64,000 nt of DNA from a virus. A program made the translations under genes and the position numbers. Under the pieces are notes generated by a model. It searched no databases and was not told the origin of the DNA. It saw only the letters and a program-made list of their open reading frames with translations. Numbering within the stretch: the first letter of the stretch is position 1; every line of letters starts with the position of its first letter. Of this stretch, positions 8,672 through 19,271 are shown one piece after another. The stretch is taken from positions 1 to 64,000 of IMG/VR virus record IMGVR_UViG_3300036846_000489. One strand, 5' to 3'.

Positions 8672-11090
8672 CGGGATCAGTTTCTCTTCGTCCTTTCTCG
8701 GGCCTTCCCCGTTGGCGCCGGCCAGGACCAACGTCATCCAGCATTACCGCACCGCGACCGACAACAATCCTCCGGCTCCGTTGTCCTTGGCCGAAGGCGA
8801 GTTCTGCGTGGAGATGGGCACACCCATGCGGGTGTGGATCGGGGTGCCCCTTTCACTTGATCCGACCGGCCAGAAGGTCATGTTCGACCACACCTTCAAC
8901 ACCGGTATTCCCGAGGCGCCCCAAGACGGTCAGGTCTATGGGCGCAGCGATGCCACGTGGCTGCCGGTGCTGCCGATATCGGGAGGCGCGCTGACCGGAT
9001 CATTGATCCTGGCACATGATCCGACCGCTCCGCTGGAAGCGGTGACGCTGGAATACTACACCACGAACCTACCTGTCGGCTTCCCCGAAGCGCCACAGGA
9101 CAGTCACCAGTATGGCCGGCAGAACGCCGCCTGGACGATTGTGGCAGGCAGCGAAACTGCCACCACGGTCGCGATCTCCGACACCGCGCCGTCGCTTCCC
9201 GTCCCCGGTGAACTGTGGTGGGACAGCAAGGGAACGCAGCTTTATATTTGGTATCAAGACCCGAACTCATCGGCCTGGGTCGCGGCGTCGAATGCGGTCG
9301 GTCCATTCTCCGAGGCGCCGACCGACGGCGCATCTTATGGCCGGCGAAACGCGGCCTGGAACGCTGTGCTTCCCCTGACCGGCGGCACGCTGACCGGCGC
9401 CTTGACCCTCTCGGCTGATCCCGCCGCTCCTTTGCAGCCGGTCACGCTGCAATATTTCAATGCCCATCTTCCGGCACCGCCGACCTCACTGCCGCCTTCG
9501 GGCGCGGCTGGTGGTGATCTGACCGGAAGCTATCCCAACCCGGTTCTTGCGAACACAACGGTCACTGCCGGCTCCTACACCAATACCAACCTCACCGTGG
9601 ATGCAAAGGGCAGGATCACCGCAGCGGCCAACGGAACGGGAGGCACGGGAGGCGGCGCCACAATCACCATTGGCGACACCGCGCCGGCCTCTCCGACCGT
9701 GGGGTCGATGTGGTTCGACAGCGTGGGCGTGCAGACCTACCTCTGGTATCAAGACCCGACCGGTGCCCCGCAATGGGTGCCCTTGAATGCGCCGCCGGGC
9801 ACGACCCAGACCGCCTACCTTCCCCTCTCTGGCGGCACCCTCACCGGCCCACTTAACATCACCTCTGCCGCCGGCTATGCCACCCTTACGCTTGCGGCGG
9901 TCTCCGGTCAGGGCAGGCAAATTTCCTCCTATACCGGAGCCAATCTGCGCTGGGTGCTTTCTCTTGGTGGATCGGCTGCCGAAAGTGGCAGCAATGTTGG
10001 CACCAACTTCTCGCTTAACAGCTATTCTGATACAGGCACTTTTCTCGATACACCGATGACGATCAACCGTGCCACCAGTAAATCCTCCTTCACGCAGACC
10101 ATGGCGGTCGGCGTCGCGATGCCTGCCAATATTTATCCAAGTGTATATGGCAATGAGATATCGTCGGCGGCAAGCATCTCGATCTGTGGCTACCTCAACG
10201 CTGCCGCGACCACTTGGATGCACGCGAATAGCACGGGATCAATCGGGGTATTCGATCCAAATCCATCGAGCATTACCCTCAGCGTCGGTCCTCCCGGCAC
10301 CGCCGACACAGCGTGTGGTTCTTACCTAACATATACCTTCGGCACAAATGGCCATTTCGGTGCGCGAAACGTCGATGTCGGTCAAGCCGCGGCGGTTAAT
10401 GATCCGCTGTTGGTGAGCGTCGCGAACGGCAGCTATGCCCGCGTTTATTATACCGTGACGGGAACACGCTCTTGGTCTTGTGGCATCAATCCTAATGGGC
10501 AGTTCGCGCTGGCCGATGAGACCCGAGCGCAAATTGCTGTGTTACTCGATACCGACGCCACTTTATACCATTATCAGTCAGGCAGCGTCAGGGCTAACTT
10601 TCAAGGTGGTTGGGGCCTTGGGTTTCCCAACTGTCCTTATGGTTCCGTCAACGCTTTCGTGCTTGGCTGGGGCACATCGGTAGCGAGCAACATCGCGATC
10701 TCGGTTGATGGCGGTGGGGCGGTCGGCAATGTTCCGAACAGCGACCGGCGGATGAAAATGGACATCGCGCCATCCTCACACGATTGTCTCTCCACCGTGC
10801 GCGCGTTGCCGGTGCATGAGTTCAATTGGCGCGATCTCGGTGATGATCCATGGAAATTGCGTGAGGCGCATTCGCGTGGTCTGCGCGCCAAGGGCCGTGT
10901 CAAGGTCAGGGCCGGTGTGGTCGCCCAAGAGATCGCCAAGGTATTTCCCGAGGGCATTCTTCATGGGGACGATTTCGAGGACCATCTTGGGGTCATCTGG
11001 AATGTTGATCCTGGAACCATGTTCGGATTGCTGATCGGCGCGATCCAACAGCTATCGGCGGAAGTGACGGAATTGCGTGCCCGTGTTTGA
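8664..11090 (+). CDS. Fibre protein with C-terminal intramolecular chaperone (peptidase S74)
   Basis: EAPxDGxxYGR, LPLxGGTLTG, WWDSxGxQLY repeats; SDRRMKMDI...GVVAQEI. Confidence 0.85.
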   Translation: MPDGISFSSSFLGPSPLAPARTNVIQHYRTATDNNPPAPLSLAEGEFCVEMGTPMRVWIGVPLSLDPTGQKVMFDHTFNTGIPEAPQDGQVYGRSDATWLPVLPISGGALTGSLILAHDPTAPLEAVTLEYYTTNLPVGFPEAPQDSHQYGRQNAAWTIVAGSETATTVAISDTAPSLPVPGELWWDSKGTQLYIWYQDPNSSAWVAASNAVGPFSEAPTDGASYGRRNAAWNAVLPLTGGTLTGALTLSADPAAPLQPVTLQYFNAHLPAPPTSLPPSGAAGGDLTGSYPNPVLANTTVTAGSYTNTNLTVDAKGRITAAANGTGGTGGGATITIGDTAPASPTVGSMWFDSVGVQTYLWYQDPTGAPQWVPLNAPPGTTQTAYLPLSGGTLTGPLNITSAAGYATLTLAAVSGQGRQISSYTGANLRWVLSLGGSAAESGSNVGTNFSLNSYSDTGTFLDTPMTINRATSKSSFTQTMAVGVAMPANIYPSVYGNEISSAASISICGYLNAAATTWMHANSTGSIGVFDPNPSSITLSVGPPGTADTACGSYLTYTFGTNGHFGARNVDVGQAAAVNDPLLVSVANGSYARVYYTVTGTRSWSCGINPNGQFALADETRAQIAVLLDTDATLYHYQSGSVRANFQGGWGLGFPNCPYGSVNAFVLGWGTSVASNIAISVDGGGAVGNVPNSDRRMKMDIAPSSHDCLSTVRALPVHEFNWRDLGDDPWKLREAHSRGLRAKGRVKVRAGVVAQEIAKVFPEGILHGDDFEDHLGVIWNVDPGTMFGLLIGAIQQLSAEVTELRARV

Positions 11091-12522
11091 CTTCCCATCA
11101 TCGCCGACCTCCGGCACCATTGTCTCGGGACCAAACGGTGCGGCATGGCGCTGGGACGGCACCAAATGGCTCGCTTCCCAATCGGGTGCTCAGACCATTG
11201 TGGTGTCCGACACGCCGCCGCCGAATGCCACCCCTGGCACGCTCTGGTGGGACAGCGCGGGTGGCCAGATGTATCTGCGCTTTCAAGACCCGAACTCGAC
11301 CGCCTGGGTGCCGGCATCCAGCCTCGCGGGAAGCCAGGGCGTGTTCATCGGCGATACCCCGCCGACCACACCGGCACCGGGCGTGATGTGGTGGGACAGC
11401 ACGGGTGCCCAGCTATACGTCCGCTACCGTGATCCCTCCGGGCCGGATCAATGGGTGCAAGCGAATAGCCTGACCGCCGACATGAGCGCGGCGGTGGCTC
11501 AGTCGCAGGGCAACACCGGGCGCAATCTTATCGGGAATGCGTTGTTTCAGGTGCAACAGCGCGGCGTTGGTCCGTTCACTTTGAACGGCTCGGGGCCGGT
11601 ATATTCCGGTTATACCGCTGACCGTTGGTTCATGAGCCCATCAGGAGCCGGGTCTACGCAAACCGGCTCTATCATCACGCTGACCGACACCGACCGGGCG
11701 CAAATCGGCGATGAGGCTGCCAGATATGCTTTGCGCTGTGCCTTTGTCGGCTCATCTGGCAGCACCGATATGGTCGGTGCGCAACATAGGATGGAGGACC
11801 CGTATCGCGTATCCGGCAAGACCGTCATCGTGTCCTTCTGGGCAAGAGCAACGGTCGCCGGCATCAGGTTAGGCTTCAATACGTGCGTATATTTTGGCTC
11901 TACCGCCTATCAATCACCGACCGCTGCATTGGTGACGCTGACCACAACGTGGCAGCGCTACAGCGCGGTCTTCACCAATATCTCATCGAGCGGCTACGCC
12001 AATCCTCAAAACCACTATCTCCAACTCAATTATTCCAGCGGGTCGTTCTTCGGTAGTAGTGGAGTTTTTGGAGCGACAGGCGTGCAGTCCGGCACGGTAG
12101 ACTTGTGGGGCTGCCAGATGGAGATTGCGGCGGCGGGACAGACCCAGCCAACGCAACTAGAGAAAATCGACGCGGCGCTCGATCTGATCCGCTGCCAACG
12201 CTTCTATCAGACCTATTCCCCGCCACCGTTGCGCGGTGGCGCCCAAGGAGCGACTGCTGCGGCAACGCGAATGGGCATGGTGCTTCCGGTGCCGATGCGA
12301 GTAACGCCGACCCTTAGCCTTGTCCAGGCGTTACCGGTATGGAATGGAGTTTCGACGACAACAATCACTTCTTTCTCAGCCAATTATACCACCGCATTTG
12401 CGATTGAAGTTGAAGGCGTTATTCCGGTGGCTTGGGGAACTGTGTCAGGCACGGTATTGCCGGCTATGGTCTATCTTGCTTCCAATCCCACCGGCCAGCT
12501 AACCCTCAGCGCTGACCTCTGA
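11077..12522 (+). CDS. Fibre/appendage protein with carbohydrate-binding-like domain (paralog 1)
   Basis: FDFPSSP..WDGTKW; GRNLIGN.FQVQQRG, ADRW, VSFWA, CQRFYQ, ends SADL. Confidence 0.75.
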   Translation: MPVFDFPSSPTSGTIVSGPNGAAWRWDGTKWLASQSGAQTIVVSDTPPPNATPGTLWWDSAGGQMYLRFQDPNSTAWVPASSLAGSQGVFIGDTPPTTPAPGVMWWDSTGAQLYVRYRDPSGPDQWVQANSLTADMSAAVAQSQGNTGRNLIGNALFQVQQRGVGPFTLNGSGPVYSGYTADRWFMSPSGAGSTQTGSIITLTDTDRAQIGDEAARYALRCAFVGSSGSTDMVGAQHRMEDPYRVSGKTVIVSFWARATVAGIRLGFNTCVYFGSTAYQSPTAALVTLTTTWQRYSAVFTNISSSGYANPQNHYLQLNYSSGSFFGSSGVFGATGVQSGTVDLWGCQMEIAAAGQTQPTQLEKIDAALDLIRCQRFYQTYSPPPLRGGAQGATAAATRMGMVLPVPMRVTPTLSLVQALPVWNGVSTTTITSFSANYTTAFAIEVEGVIPVAWGTVSGTVLPAMVYLASNPTGQLTLSADL

Positions 12523-13673
12523 TGCTCGACTTCCCAGCATCCCCCGCAACCGGAGATACCTTCGCCGGCCCCAACGGCATCCTGTGGCAATGGGACGGGG
12601 CAAAGTGGGTGACGCTGGCACCGACCTCCGCTGCCGCCCCAATCATGTCGCCGGTGTTTCAGGGCGACCCACGGGCACCGACACCCGCCTACGGCGACAA
12701 CGACACCTCGATCCCGACCACGGCCTTTGTGCAGAGTGCGGTCGCGCCGGCACTCAACAACGTCGGACGCAACCTGCTGCACAACGGGCTGATGAACGTG
12801 CAGCAGCGCGGGGTAGGCGGGTGGACGGGGACGACTTACACGGTGGACCGCTGGCAAACCGTTGTCGTGGGAAGCACTGGCACCACGAACCTGCAAGCCC
12901 TTGCGGACGCGGATCGGGCAGTCATTGGTGATGAACAAGCGACGATTGCGCTACAGGCAGTGTTTACCGGCACGGCTGGCGCTACGGATGCGGTGCTGTT
13001 TTTGCAAAAAGTCGAGAACGTCAGACGACTAGCCAATAAGACGGTAACGGTATCGTTTTGGTCCAACGCCGGTGCAGCGCTGCGACTAGGCGTCTCGCTT
13101 GACCAAAACTTTGGCAGCGGTGGCTCGCCTTCGGCAGCAGTTCTGGGCAACGGTGTTGCGGTCACGTTGTCTGGAACCTGGACACGCTACACTGTGTCGC
13201 TGGTAGTGCCGAGCATCGCCGGAAAGACAATCGGCACAAATCATGACGACAATCTCGAACTCAATCTGTGGTTTACGGCGGGAAGCAGTTTCAACGCACG
13301 ATCCGGCAACGTCGGCGTGCAAAGCGGCGCTGTGAACATATGGGGCGTGCAGCTCGAACTCGGCTCCGTCGCCACCCCGCTGGAGAAGCCCGACCCGCAG
13401 CAGGATCTGGCCAAGTGCCAGCGGTTCTATTCCATTGGCTCGGTCCGTCTGCTTGGCGGAGCTTATATTGCGAACATTGTGCAAGCCCAGTGGCAGTCAT
13501 TCCCCGTCCAGATGCGGGCGACCCCGACGATAACTCCAACCTGGACCACCCAGAGTAATTGCACCGGCACCATAGCCCCGGTCGATGGCAGCGGATTTGA
13601 ACCGTATTCGCAGTCTGCGGCAGCAGGCCAGACTAACCTTCAAGGCTCTTACACCGCGAGTGCGGACCTCTGA
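12522..13673 (+). CDS. Fibre/appendage protein (paralog 2)
   Basis: Same motif set; TGATG overlap. Confidence 0.75.
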   Translation: MLDFPASPATGDTFAGPNGILWQWDGAKWVTLAPTSAAAPIMSPVFQGDPRAPTPAYGDNDTSIPTTAFVQSAVAPALNNVGRNLLHNGLMNVQQRGVGGWTGTTYTVDRWQTVVVGSTGTTNLQALADADRAVIGDEQATIALQAVFTGTAGATDAVLFLQKVENVRRLANKTVTVSFWSNAGAALRLGVSLDQNFGSGGSPSAAVLGNGVAVTLSGTWTRYTVSLVVPSIAGKTIGTNHDDNLELNLWFTAGSSFNARSGNVGVQSGAVNIWGVQLELGSVATPLEKPDPQQDLAKCQRFYSIGSVRLLGGAYIANIVQAQWQSFPVQMRATPTITPTWTTQSNCTGTIAPVDGSGFEPYSQSAAAGQTNLQGSYTASADL

Positions 13674-14806
13674 TGCTCGATTTCCCCAACTCCCCCACGG
13701 TCGGACAGGTCTTCCAGAACCTCACCTGGGATGGTGTGAAGTGGACCAGTGTTTCCAGCACCGCGCTGGCTCCGCTCAATTCCCCGGTCTTCATCGGCGA
13801 CCCACAAGCGCCAACAGCCTCGGTCGGAGACGCGGATCAGAGTTTGGCGACCACCGCATTCGTGGCAAGAGCTGTGGCGCCGGCGCTGCGCAATGCTGGG
13901 CGCAATTACCTGGACAATGCCCGCTTTCAGGTTTGGCAACGTGGCCTTGGACCATTCACCGTGTCTGGCCTCTCTGCGGATCGCTGGTCCTATGGGTATA
14001 GCGGGACGGGTGCTAGTATCAGTGTCCAGGCGACCTCGCTCACTGACGCCGACCGCGCTGCAATTGGCGACGAAAGCGCGATCTATGGAATGACCGTTAC
14101 CTTCGCCGGGACCGGGGCGGCGGGCGATTACAATCAGGCTTTCCAGATGGTGGAGGATGTTCGCGCGCTGGCGGGCAAGACCGTGACTGCCAGCTTTTGG
14201 GCAAAGTGCAACACGGCGCCGCTCAATCTTGGCATAGGCACCCTGCAACTTTTTGGGTCTGGCGGCTCGCCTTCTGCGCCGTTTCGGGTCAACGGGCAGG
14301 CGGTTGCGCTTTCGACCACATGGCAACGCTACAGTGTGACCATCACCCTACCGAGTGCGGCTGGGAAAACGCTGGGGACTTCCGGCGGCGATTGCACACA
14401 GCTTGCATTCTGGTTTTCCTCCGGCAGCACTTATGCGGCTAACGCCGGCAATCCCGGTGTGCAGTCCGGCACCGTGTCGATCTTCGGGGTCCAGTTTGAG
14501 GAAGGCTCTGTTGTATCACCGCTGACGCGGCAAATCTATCAGCAAGACCTTGCTCGTTGCCAACGCTTTTATCAGATCGGCTATTTGCAGGCGAACGGCT
14601 ATGGACAGCAGGTATTTGCTCTCGACATGCCGTTGCCGGTAGTAATGCGCGTGACGCCGACGATAACAAGCAATTTCACGACGCTGCAAAATTGCACTGT
14701 TGCTGTCAGTTCTTACTTCCCCGCGATGATCCAGTATGTCACCACCATTACGGCTGCTGGTATGTTTAACTCTGCTGGCACCTTCACAGCATCAGCGGAC
14801 CTCTGA
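13673..14806 (+). CDS. Fibre/appendage protein (paralog 3)
   Basis: Same motif set; TGATG overlap. Confidence 0.75.
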   Translation: MLDFPNSPTVGQVFQNLTWDGVKWTSVSSTALAPLNSPVFIGDPQAPTASVGDADQSLATTAFVARAVAPALRNAGRNYLDNARFQVWQRGLGPFTVSGLSADRWSYGYSGTGASISVQATSLTDADRAAIGDESAIYGMTVTFAGTGAAGDYNQAFQMVEDVRALAGKTVTASFWAKCNTAPLNLGIGTLQLFGSGGSPSAPFRVNGQAVALSTTWQRYSVTITLPSAAGKTLGTSGGDCTQLAFWFSSGSTYAANAGNPGVQSGTVSIFGVQFEEGSVVSPLTRQIYQQDLARCQRFYQIGYLQANGYGQQVFALDMPLPVVMRVTPTITSNFTTLQNCTVAVSSYFPAMIQYVTTITAAGMFNSAGTFTASADL

Positions 14807-14807
14807 C

Positions 14808-15104
14808 ATGGCACAACCCTACCAACTTCTCCACGACACCGATACCGTGCTGCGGATCGCGGACAACGCTTACATCCCGAATGATCCCGCCAACCGCGAC
14901 CGACAGGAATACGAGGCGTGGTGTGAGGAAGGGAACGTCGCCGATCCCGCACCGTCACCTCCCGAACCTCTGCCTCCGGAACCGCTGAAGCTTCCCATGG
15001 CGATGCCGGAGGAGCCTATGGACGCGGTGCCGAAGGTCTATCTGGACAATCTGATCAATCCCTTGATCGCGCGGATCGCTGCGCTGGAACGAAAGCTCGG
15101 CTGA
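14808..15104 (+). CDS. Putative fibre assembly chaperone
   Basis: [21 protein letters not shown] motif typical of genes next to tail fibres. Confidence 0.7.
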   Translation: MAQPYQLLHDTDTVLRIADNAYIPNDPANRDRQEYEAWCEEGNVADPAPSPPEPLPPEPLKLPMAMPEEPMDAVPKVYLDNLINPLIARIAALERKLG

Positions 15105-17098
15105 TGTTTGACTTTCCCGCCTCTCCGGCGATCAGCGATACCGTCACCGGCCTTGATGGCGTCGTCTATGAATGGGACGGCGTGAAGTGGACGGCGATCA
15201 ATGGCGTTCTCGCTGTGATGCCGGACGCCCCTTCGAATGGCACAACATATGGGCGCATGAATGCCGCGTGGACGCCGGCAATGCCTCTCACCGGAGGCAC
15301 CCTCACCGGGCCGTTGATCCTCGCCGGCAACGCGACGAACCAACTCGGTGCGGTGACGCTACAGCAACTCACCTCGACGGAAGGGAATTATCTCCCCCTA
15401 ACCGGTGGCACGTTGACCGGCGGTTTGGCAATCAACGTATCATCTGGCTGGGCCAATCTTAGCCTTACGGCGCCATCTGGGTATGGCCGGCAGATCATCG
15501 GATACACCGGAGCCAATCTGCGTTGGACCCTTATCATGGGCGACGCGGCGGCGGAAAGCGGCGGAAACGTCGGCACCAACTTCAGTATTAACCGGTATAA
15601 CGACGCCGGCACCTATATCGACACCCCGTTGTCGATCAACCGTGCCAGCGGCGCGCTTTCCCTTGGCGCCACCACGACCGGCGCCTTGAATGTGAATGGC
15701 GGCATCTATGCTACCGGCAGCATTCTGGCGATGAACGACAGCGGCTTCGGTCTTGCCTCTGACGGCAGCTACAAATGGCTTTCTTGGCAAGCGAATTGGG
15801 TGGATTATTGGCGCCGCTCTGACGGACTTCGCCTGTGGAACTCTCCATCCGGCACCGTGATGTCGTTGGATGGCGGCGGCAACTTCTGGATCGGTGGAGG
15901 CTTTGTTGCGGTTGGAGCGGTCACCGCCGCCTATATTCATTCGACCGGCAACATGCAGATCGATGGCAGCATCAACGCCACTGGCAACATCATCACGCCG
16001 GGGAATACCGTGCAGGGCGCTTACATTCACTCGACCGGCTCCTTGCAGGTCGATACCAGCGGCAACTTCAACGGGAGACTGCGAACCGCCGAGGCCATCA
16101 TGTCGGCGAGCGGCACCTTCTATGTCGCCGACAACACCAACTATTATCTCTCGCGGAACAGCAGCAACGGCTCTTGGTATTTTGTCGAGAATGGCAACGT
16201 GACATTCCGGATCGACACCTCCGGAAATATCTGGCCCTCTGCCGCCTGCACCGCGACCTACGTTCATTCCACTGGCACCGTCGCGGCTGACGGCAACGTC
16301 ACCGGAAACCAGCTTTCTGCGGGCGGACTATGGATCAACGCCTGGGGGATGCAGGGGCCGAGCGGTTACTGGTGCCGCACCGACTGGGATGGCAGCAACT
16401 GCCCGTTCTATGTCAACGGCGGTTATGCCTGCACCTTGGTGTCCTCGACCTGGGTCAGCAACAACTTCAAAGCCATCGGTGCCTACACGCCGAACCAGAA
16501 TGTTGATAACGGCAGCAGTCCGACATTTTACAACCTCTACTATGGTAGTTCTGGCGAGCGTTATCTTGCAACGAACCAAGGCTCTGGCGTTATCTGGCAG
16601 TTCCAGGGCGGCTGGTATATGGACTGGAATTGGGGCAACGGCAATCTTGGGTGGCCCAGCAGCAACCTGTTTTTCTTCTGGCGGATCACCGATGGCTGGT
16701 CCTACAATGCGCGTGGTCCGGTCGGCGGGGTTGGGGGTTATCAAGATGTCTCCGATATTCGCACCAAGACCAGTATTTCCGATGCGCAGGTTGGTCTCAA
16801 TGAGGTGCTTCGCTTGCGCGCCAAGCGTTTCAGGCGCCTGCCTCCAAGGCCCCAGCAACTGCCGAACGGAGAATGGGCCAAGCATTCCGACCGGTTTCAT
16901 CTTGGCTTCACCGCGCAGGATGTGCGCGAGGTTATTCCCGAAGCGGTCTCTGAGGCTGGCATAGAATTGGCGGATGGCACGGGCGGCCTCGACACAGATG
17001 CGCCGACGCTGGCCATCACCTTGACCCCGATTGTCGCCGCCTTGGTCAACGGCATGAAGGAACTGGCCGCCCGCGTTGCCACGCTGGAAGGACGATAA
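15104..17098 (+). CDS. Fibre protein with S74 chaperone
   Basis: FDFP..WDGVKW N-terminus; SDIRTKTSI...LGFTAQDVREVIPEAV. Confidence 0.85.
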   Translation: MFDFPASPAISDTVTGLDGVVYEWDGVKWTAINGVLAVMPDAPSNGTTYGRMNAAWTPAMPLTGGTLTGPLILAGNATNQLGAVTLQQLTSTEGNYLPLTGGTLTGGLAINVSSGWANLSLTAPSGYGRQIIGYTGANLRWTLIMGDAAAESGGNVGTNFSINRYNDAGTYIDTPLSINRASGALSLGATTTGALNVNGGIYATGSILAMNDSGFGLASDGSYKWLSWQANWVDYWRRSDGLRLWNSPSGTVMSLDGGGNFWIGGGFVAVGAVTAAYIHSTGNMQIDGSINATGNIITPGNTVQGAYIHSTGSLQVDTSGNFNGRLRTAEAIMSASGTFYVADNTNYYLSRNSSNGSWYFVENGNVTFRIDTSGNIWPSAACTATYVHSTGTVAADGNVTGNQLSAGGLWINAWGMQGPSGYWCRTDWDGSNCPFYVNGGYACTLVSSTWVSNNFKAIGAYTPNQNVDNGSSPTFYNLYYGSSGERYLATNQGSGVIWQFQGGWYMDWNWGNGNLGWPSSNLFFFWRITDGWSYNARGPVGGVGGYQDVSDIRTKTSISDAQVGLNEVLRLRAKRFRRLPPRPQQLPNGEWAKHSDRFHLGFTAQDVREVIPEAVSEAGIELADGTGGLDTDAPTLAITLTPIVAALVNGMKELAARVATLEGR

Positions 17099-17686
17099 AT
17101 GCCAGAGTTCGATATCCGCAAGACCATCGACAACGTGGCCGAGTTGGTCAAGCGGGTGAACACGCTTACCGGCTCCGATGTATTTGTCGGTGTGCCGGCG
17201 AGCAAAACAAGTAGACGGCAGGGTCAGATCGGCAACGCCGACCTCGCCTACATTCATGAGTTCGGTTCTCCGGCCCACAACATCCCGGCACGACCATTTC
17301 TCCATCCGGGTATTAGGCGGGTAAAGGACGAGATCGTCGCCATGATGAAGGAGGGGATGAAGAATACGCTGGAAGGCAAAGGGAAGCCGGAACAGGTGCT
17401 TGAACGGGTCGGCATGCTGGCACGCAATTCGGTGGTCAACGAGATCACCGATCCCGATCCACCGTTCGTCCCGCTCAAGGCCGCCACCATCCGGGCACGG
17501 CTCCGCAGGACCGCCGCCGGACGAAGAAAGCTACGAAGTCTAAAGCAGATCAAGGCTGCCGCCGGCTGGAAAGCCGAGCAATCAAATGAGGCACTGACCG
17601 AATGGGCCGAGGCGGGCAACGCCAAGCCGCTGATTGACACCGGGCAGCTTCGTGCCAGCATTACCTATGTCGTCAGGAGCGTGTGA
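17099..17686 (+). CDS. Neck/tail-completion protein
   Basis: LAYIHEFGSP.HNIPARPFL, KPLIDTGQLRASITY. Confidence 0.85.
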   Translation: MPEFDIRKTIDNVAELVKRVNTLTGSDVFVGVPASKTSRRQGQIGNADLAYIHEFGSPAHNIPARPFLHPGIRRVKDEIVAMMKEGMKNTLEGKGKPEQVLERVGMLARNSVVNEITDPDPPFVPLKAATIRARLRRTAAGRRKLRSLKQIKAAAGWKAEQSNEALTEWAEAGNAKPLIDTGQLRASITYVVRSV

Positions 17687-18099
17687 TGGCGAATATCGGT
17701 GTTTCAGAACTCCTGCTTGATCCCGACTTCGTGGACCAAGTGATTGTGCTGCGGCAGGTCGAAATCATGGGAGACGATGGTATTGCGGTCAGACAGCCGC
17801 AGTCTATCAATATCCTCGCATCCATTCAGTCCAACGATGACACCCTTCAGATGACGCCCGATCTTGCCCGCACGGAAGGGAGCTACGAGATCATCACCAC
17901 ATTCCCGTTGCTCACCGCTACCGACACGTCGTCGGCGGATGTGGTGGTGTGGAACGGCCGGCAGCATAAAGTGACTTCCGTTGCGCGGTTCGGAAATTTC
18001 GCCACCGGCTTCGGGCATTTCGAGGGGATCATGGAAATCATCTCGGTCCAGCCGGTTCCCCTGGACGCACTGGCACCGACATTCAGCGAGGGAACATGA
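17686..18099 (+). CDS. Head-closure/stopper protein
   Basis: VSELLLDPDF...ADVVVWNG; synteny. Confidence 0.7.
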   Translation: MANIGVSELLLDPDFVDQVIVLRQVEIMGDDGIAVRQPQSINILASIQSNDDTLQMTPDLARTEGSYEIITTFPLLTATDTSSADVVVWNGRQHKVTSVARFGNFATGFGHFEGIMEIISVQPVPLDALAPTFSEGT

Positions 18100-18320
18100 C
18101 CGATCTTCCAGAGACGATTACCGTCAAAGAACAGGCACAAGCCTCTGGACAGGGAAAAATACTGCCCATTGGGGCCTATCCCGACATAGATCAGCTACGC
18201 GATCATGTCCGGGCATTTCTCATGGCCGAGCAGCACCAAGGTGGCGAGGCATTGGCGATGGCGAAGACCAAGGCGACCGAGATGGACTTCTGGCTGCGCA
18301 CTCATAGGGGCAGGCGGTGA
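18096..18320 (+). CDS. Small protein with Acb2/Tad1-hairpin-like C-terminal helix
   Basis: EALAMAKTKATEMDFWL. Confidence 0.4.
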   Translation: MTDLPETITVKEQAQASGQGKILPIGAYPDIDQLRDHVRAFLMAEQHQGGEALAMAKTKATEMDFWLRTHRGRR

Positions 18321-18955
18321 GCACAAGCGTTCCGAACGACAGCACGACCGGTGGCTACATCGTCGATGTCCCGCCGCCGCCGGCCACCGTGGAAGACCTC
18401 CAGAGCGCGCTCCAGCAGGCGGTGGCCGGACTGGCGGGACTGCCCGGCAGCCTTGTGCGGCCCCGCTGGCAGCCCGTCCCGCCGGCTCAGCCGCCGGTTG
18501 ACGTGACCTGGGTATCCATCGGCGTCACGATGGTCGAGGCCGACGAATACCCCTACCTCCTGCATGTCGGCGGCGTCACGCTGGCCGGTGCTACCGCTCC
18601 CGGCTACACCATCATGCAGCGGCACCAGACAATTACCGTGGTGACCACGTTCTACGGTCCCCAGGCCGACGCTCTGGCGGCACAGGTCAGGGACGCATTC
18701 TATGTGCCGCAGAACTACGAAAATCTGTTCCCGGTCGGACTAAAACTTCGCACCATCCACGACCTGCAACGCGCACCGGAATTGATGAACCAGCAATACG
18801 TGGACCGGGCCGATCTCAGAATGGAATTCCGTGCCATGATCGAGCGCGTCTACCCGATCCGCGATCTCGACGGCGCCGACTTCACCATCAATACCGACCA
18901 AGGCAGCGAGACGTTTCAGGTTCGCGAGGATACAGTAGTCTATCCTGAGGGCTAA
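18317..18955 (+). CDS. Tail terminator/neck protein
   Basis: NDSTTGGY, LVRPRWQPVPP, FYGPQA, PELMNQQYVDRAD. Confidence 0.75.
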   Translation: MSTSVPNDSTTGGYIVDVPPPPATVEDLQSALQQAVAGLAGLPGSLVRPRWQPVPPAQPPVDVTWVSIGVTMVEADEYPYLLHVGGVTLAGATAPGYTIMQRHQTITVVTTFYGPQADALAAQVRDAFYVPQNYENLFPVGLKLRTIHDLQRAPELMNQQYVDRADLRMEFRAMIERVYPIRDLDGADFTINTDQGSETFQVREDTVVYPEG

Positions 18956-19245
18956 GTTTCGTCGGGAATGTATTGGATGCCGTCGCGTGTCGCCATGCAG
19001 CCAATCGTCACCGATGACGGGTCGTTCATGTCACCGCGCGTCATGATGCTTGCCACCACCGAACAATTCACACAGAGCACCGTGTAGCAGCCGACCCCAG
19101 GTGCCGGGTATGGCACCAGACCAATCTGACAGCTAGGCTGATGGCCTCCGGTATAGTCCAGGTTGGACGTTCCCGGTTGCACCACGTCAGAGGCGTCAAA
19201 GTCCATCGCTTTCCAGGATACCTGAAACTGCTGAAGATACGCCAT
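18952..19245 (-). CDS. Cys-rich hypothetical protein antisense to the structural operon
   Basis: SD GGAGGTG; C..LVPYPAP..GC...C..C...DPSSVTIGC; fills the gap between + strand genes. Confidence 0.6.
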   Translation of the reverse strand: MAYLQQFQVSWKAMDFDASDVVQPGTSNLDYTGGHQPSCQIGLVPYPAPGVGCYTVLCVNCSVVASIMTRGDMNDPSSVTIGCMATRDGIQYIPDET

Positions 19246-19271
19246 TCTCACCTCCACAAAGGAGACCCAGC

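Noticed and set aside
11077-14806. Diversity-generating retroelement or invertible shufflon acting on the fibre paralogs
   Set aside because: No reverse transcriptase or invertase, no adenine-specific TR/VR pair, and all copies are in the same orientation.
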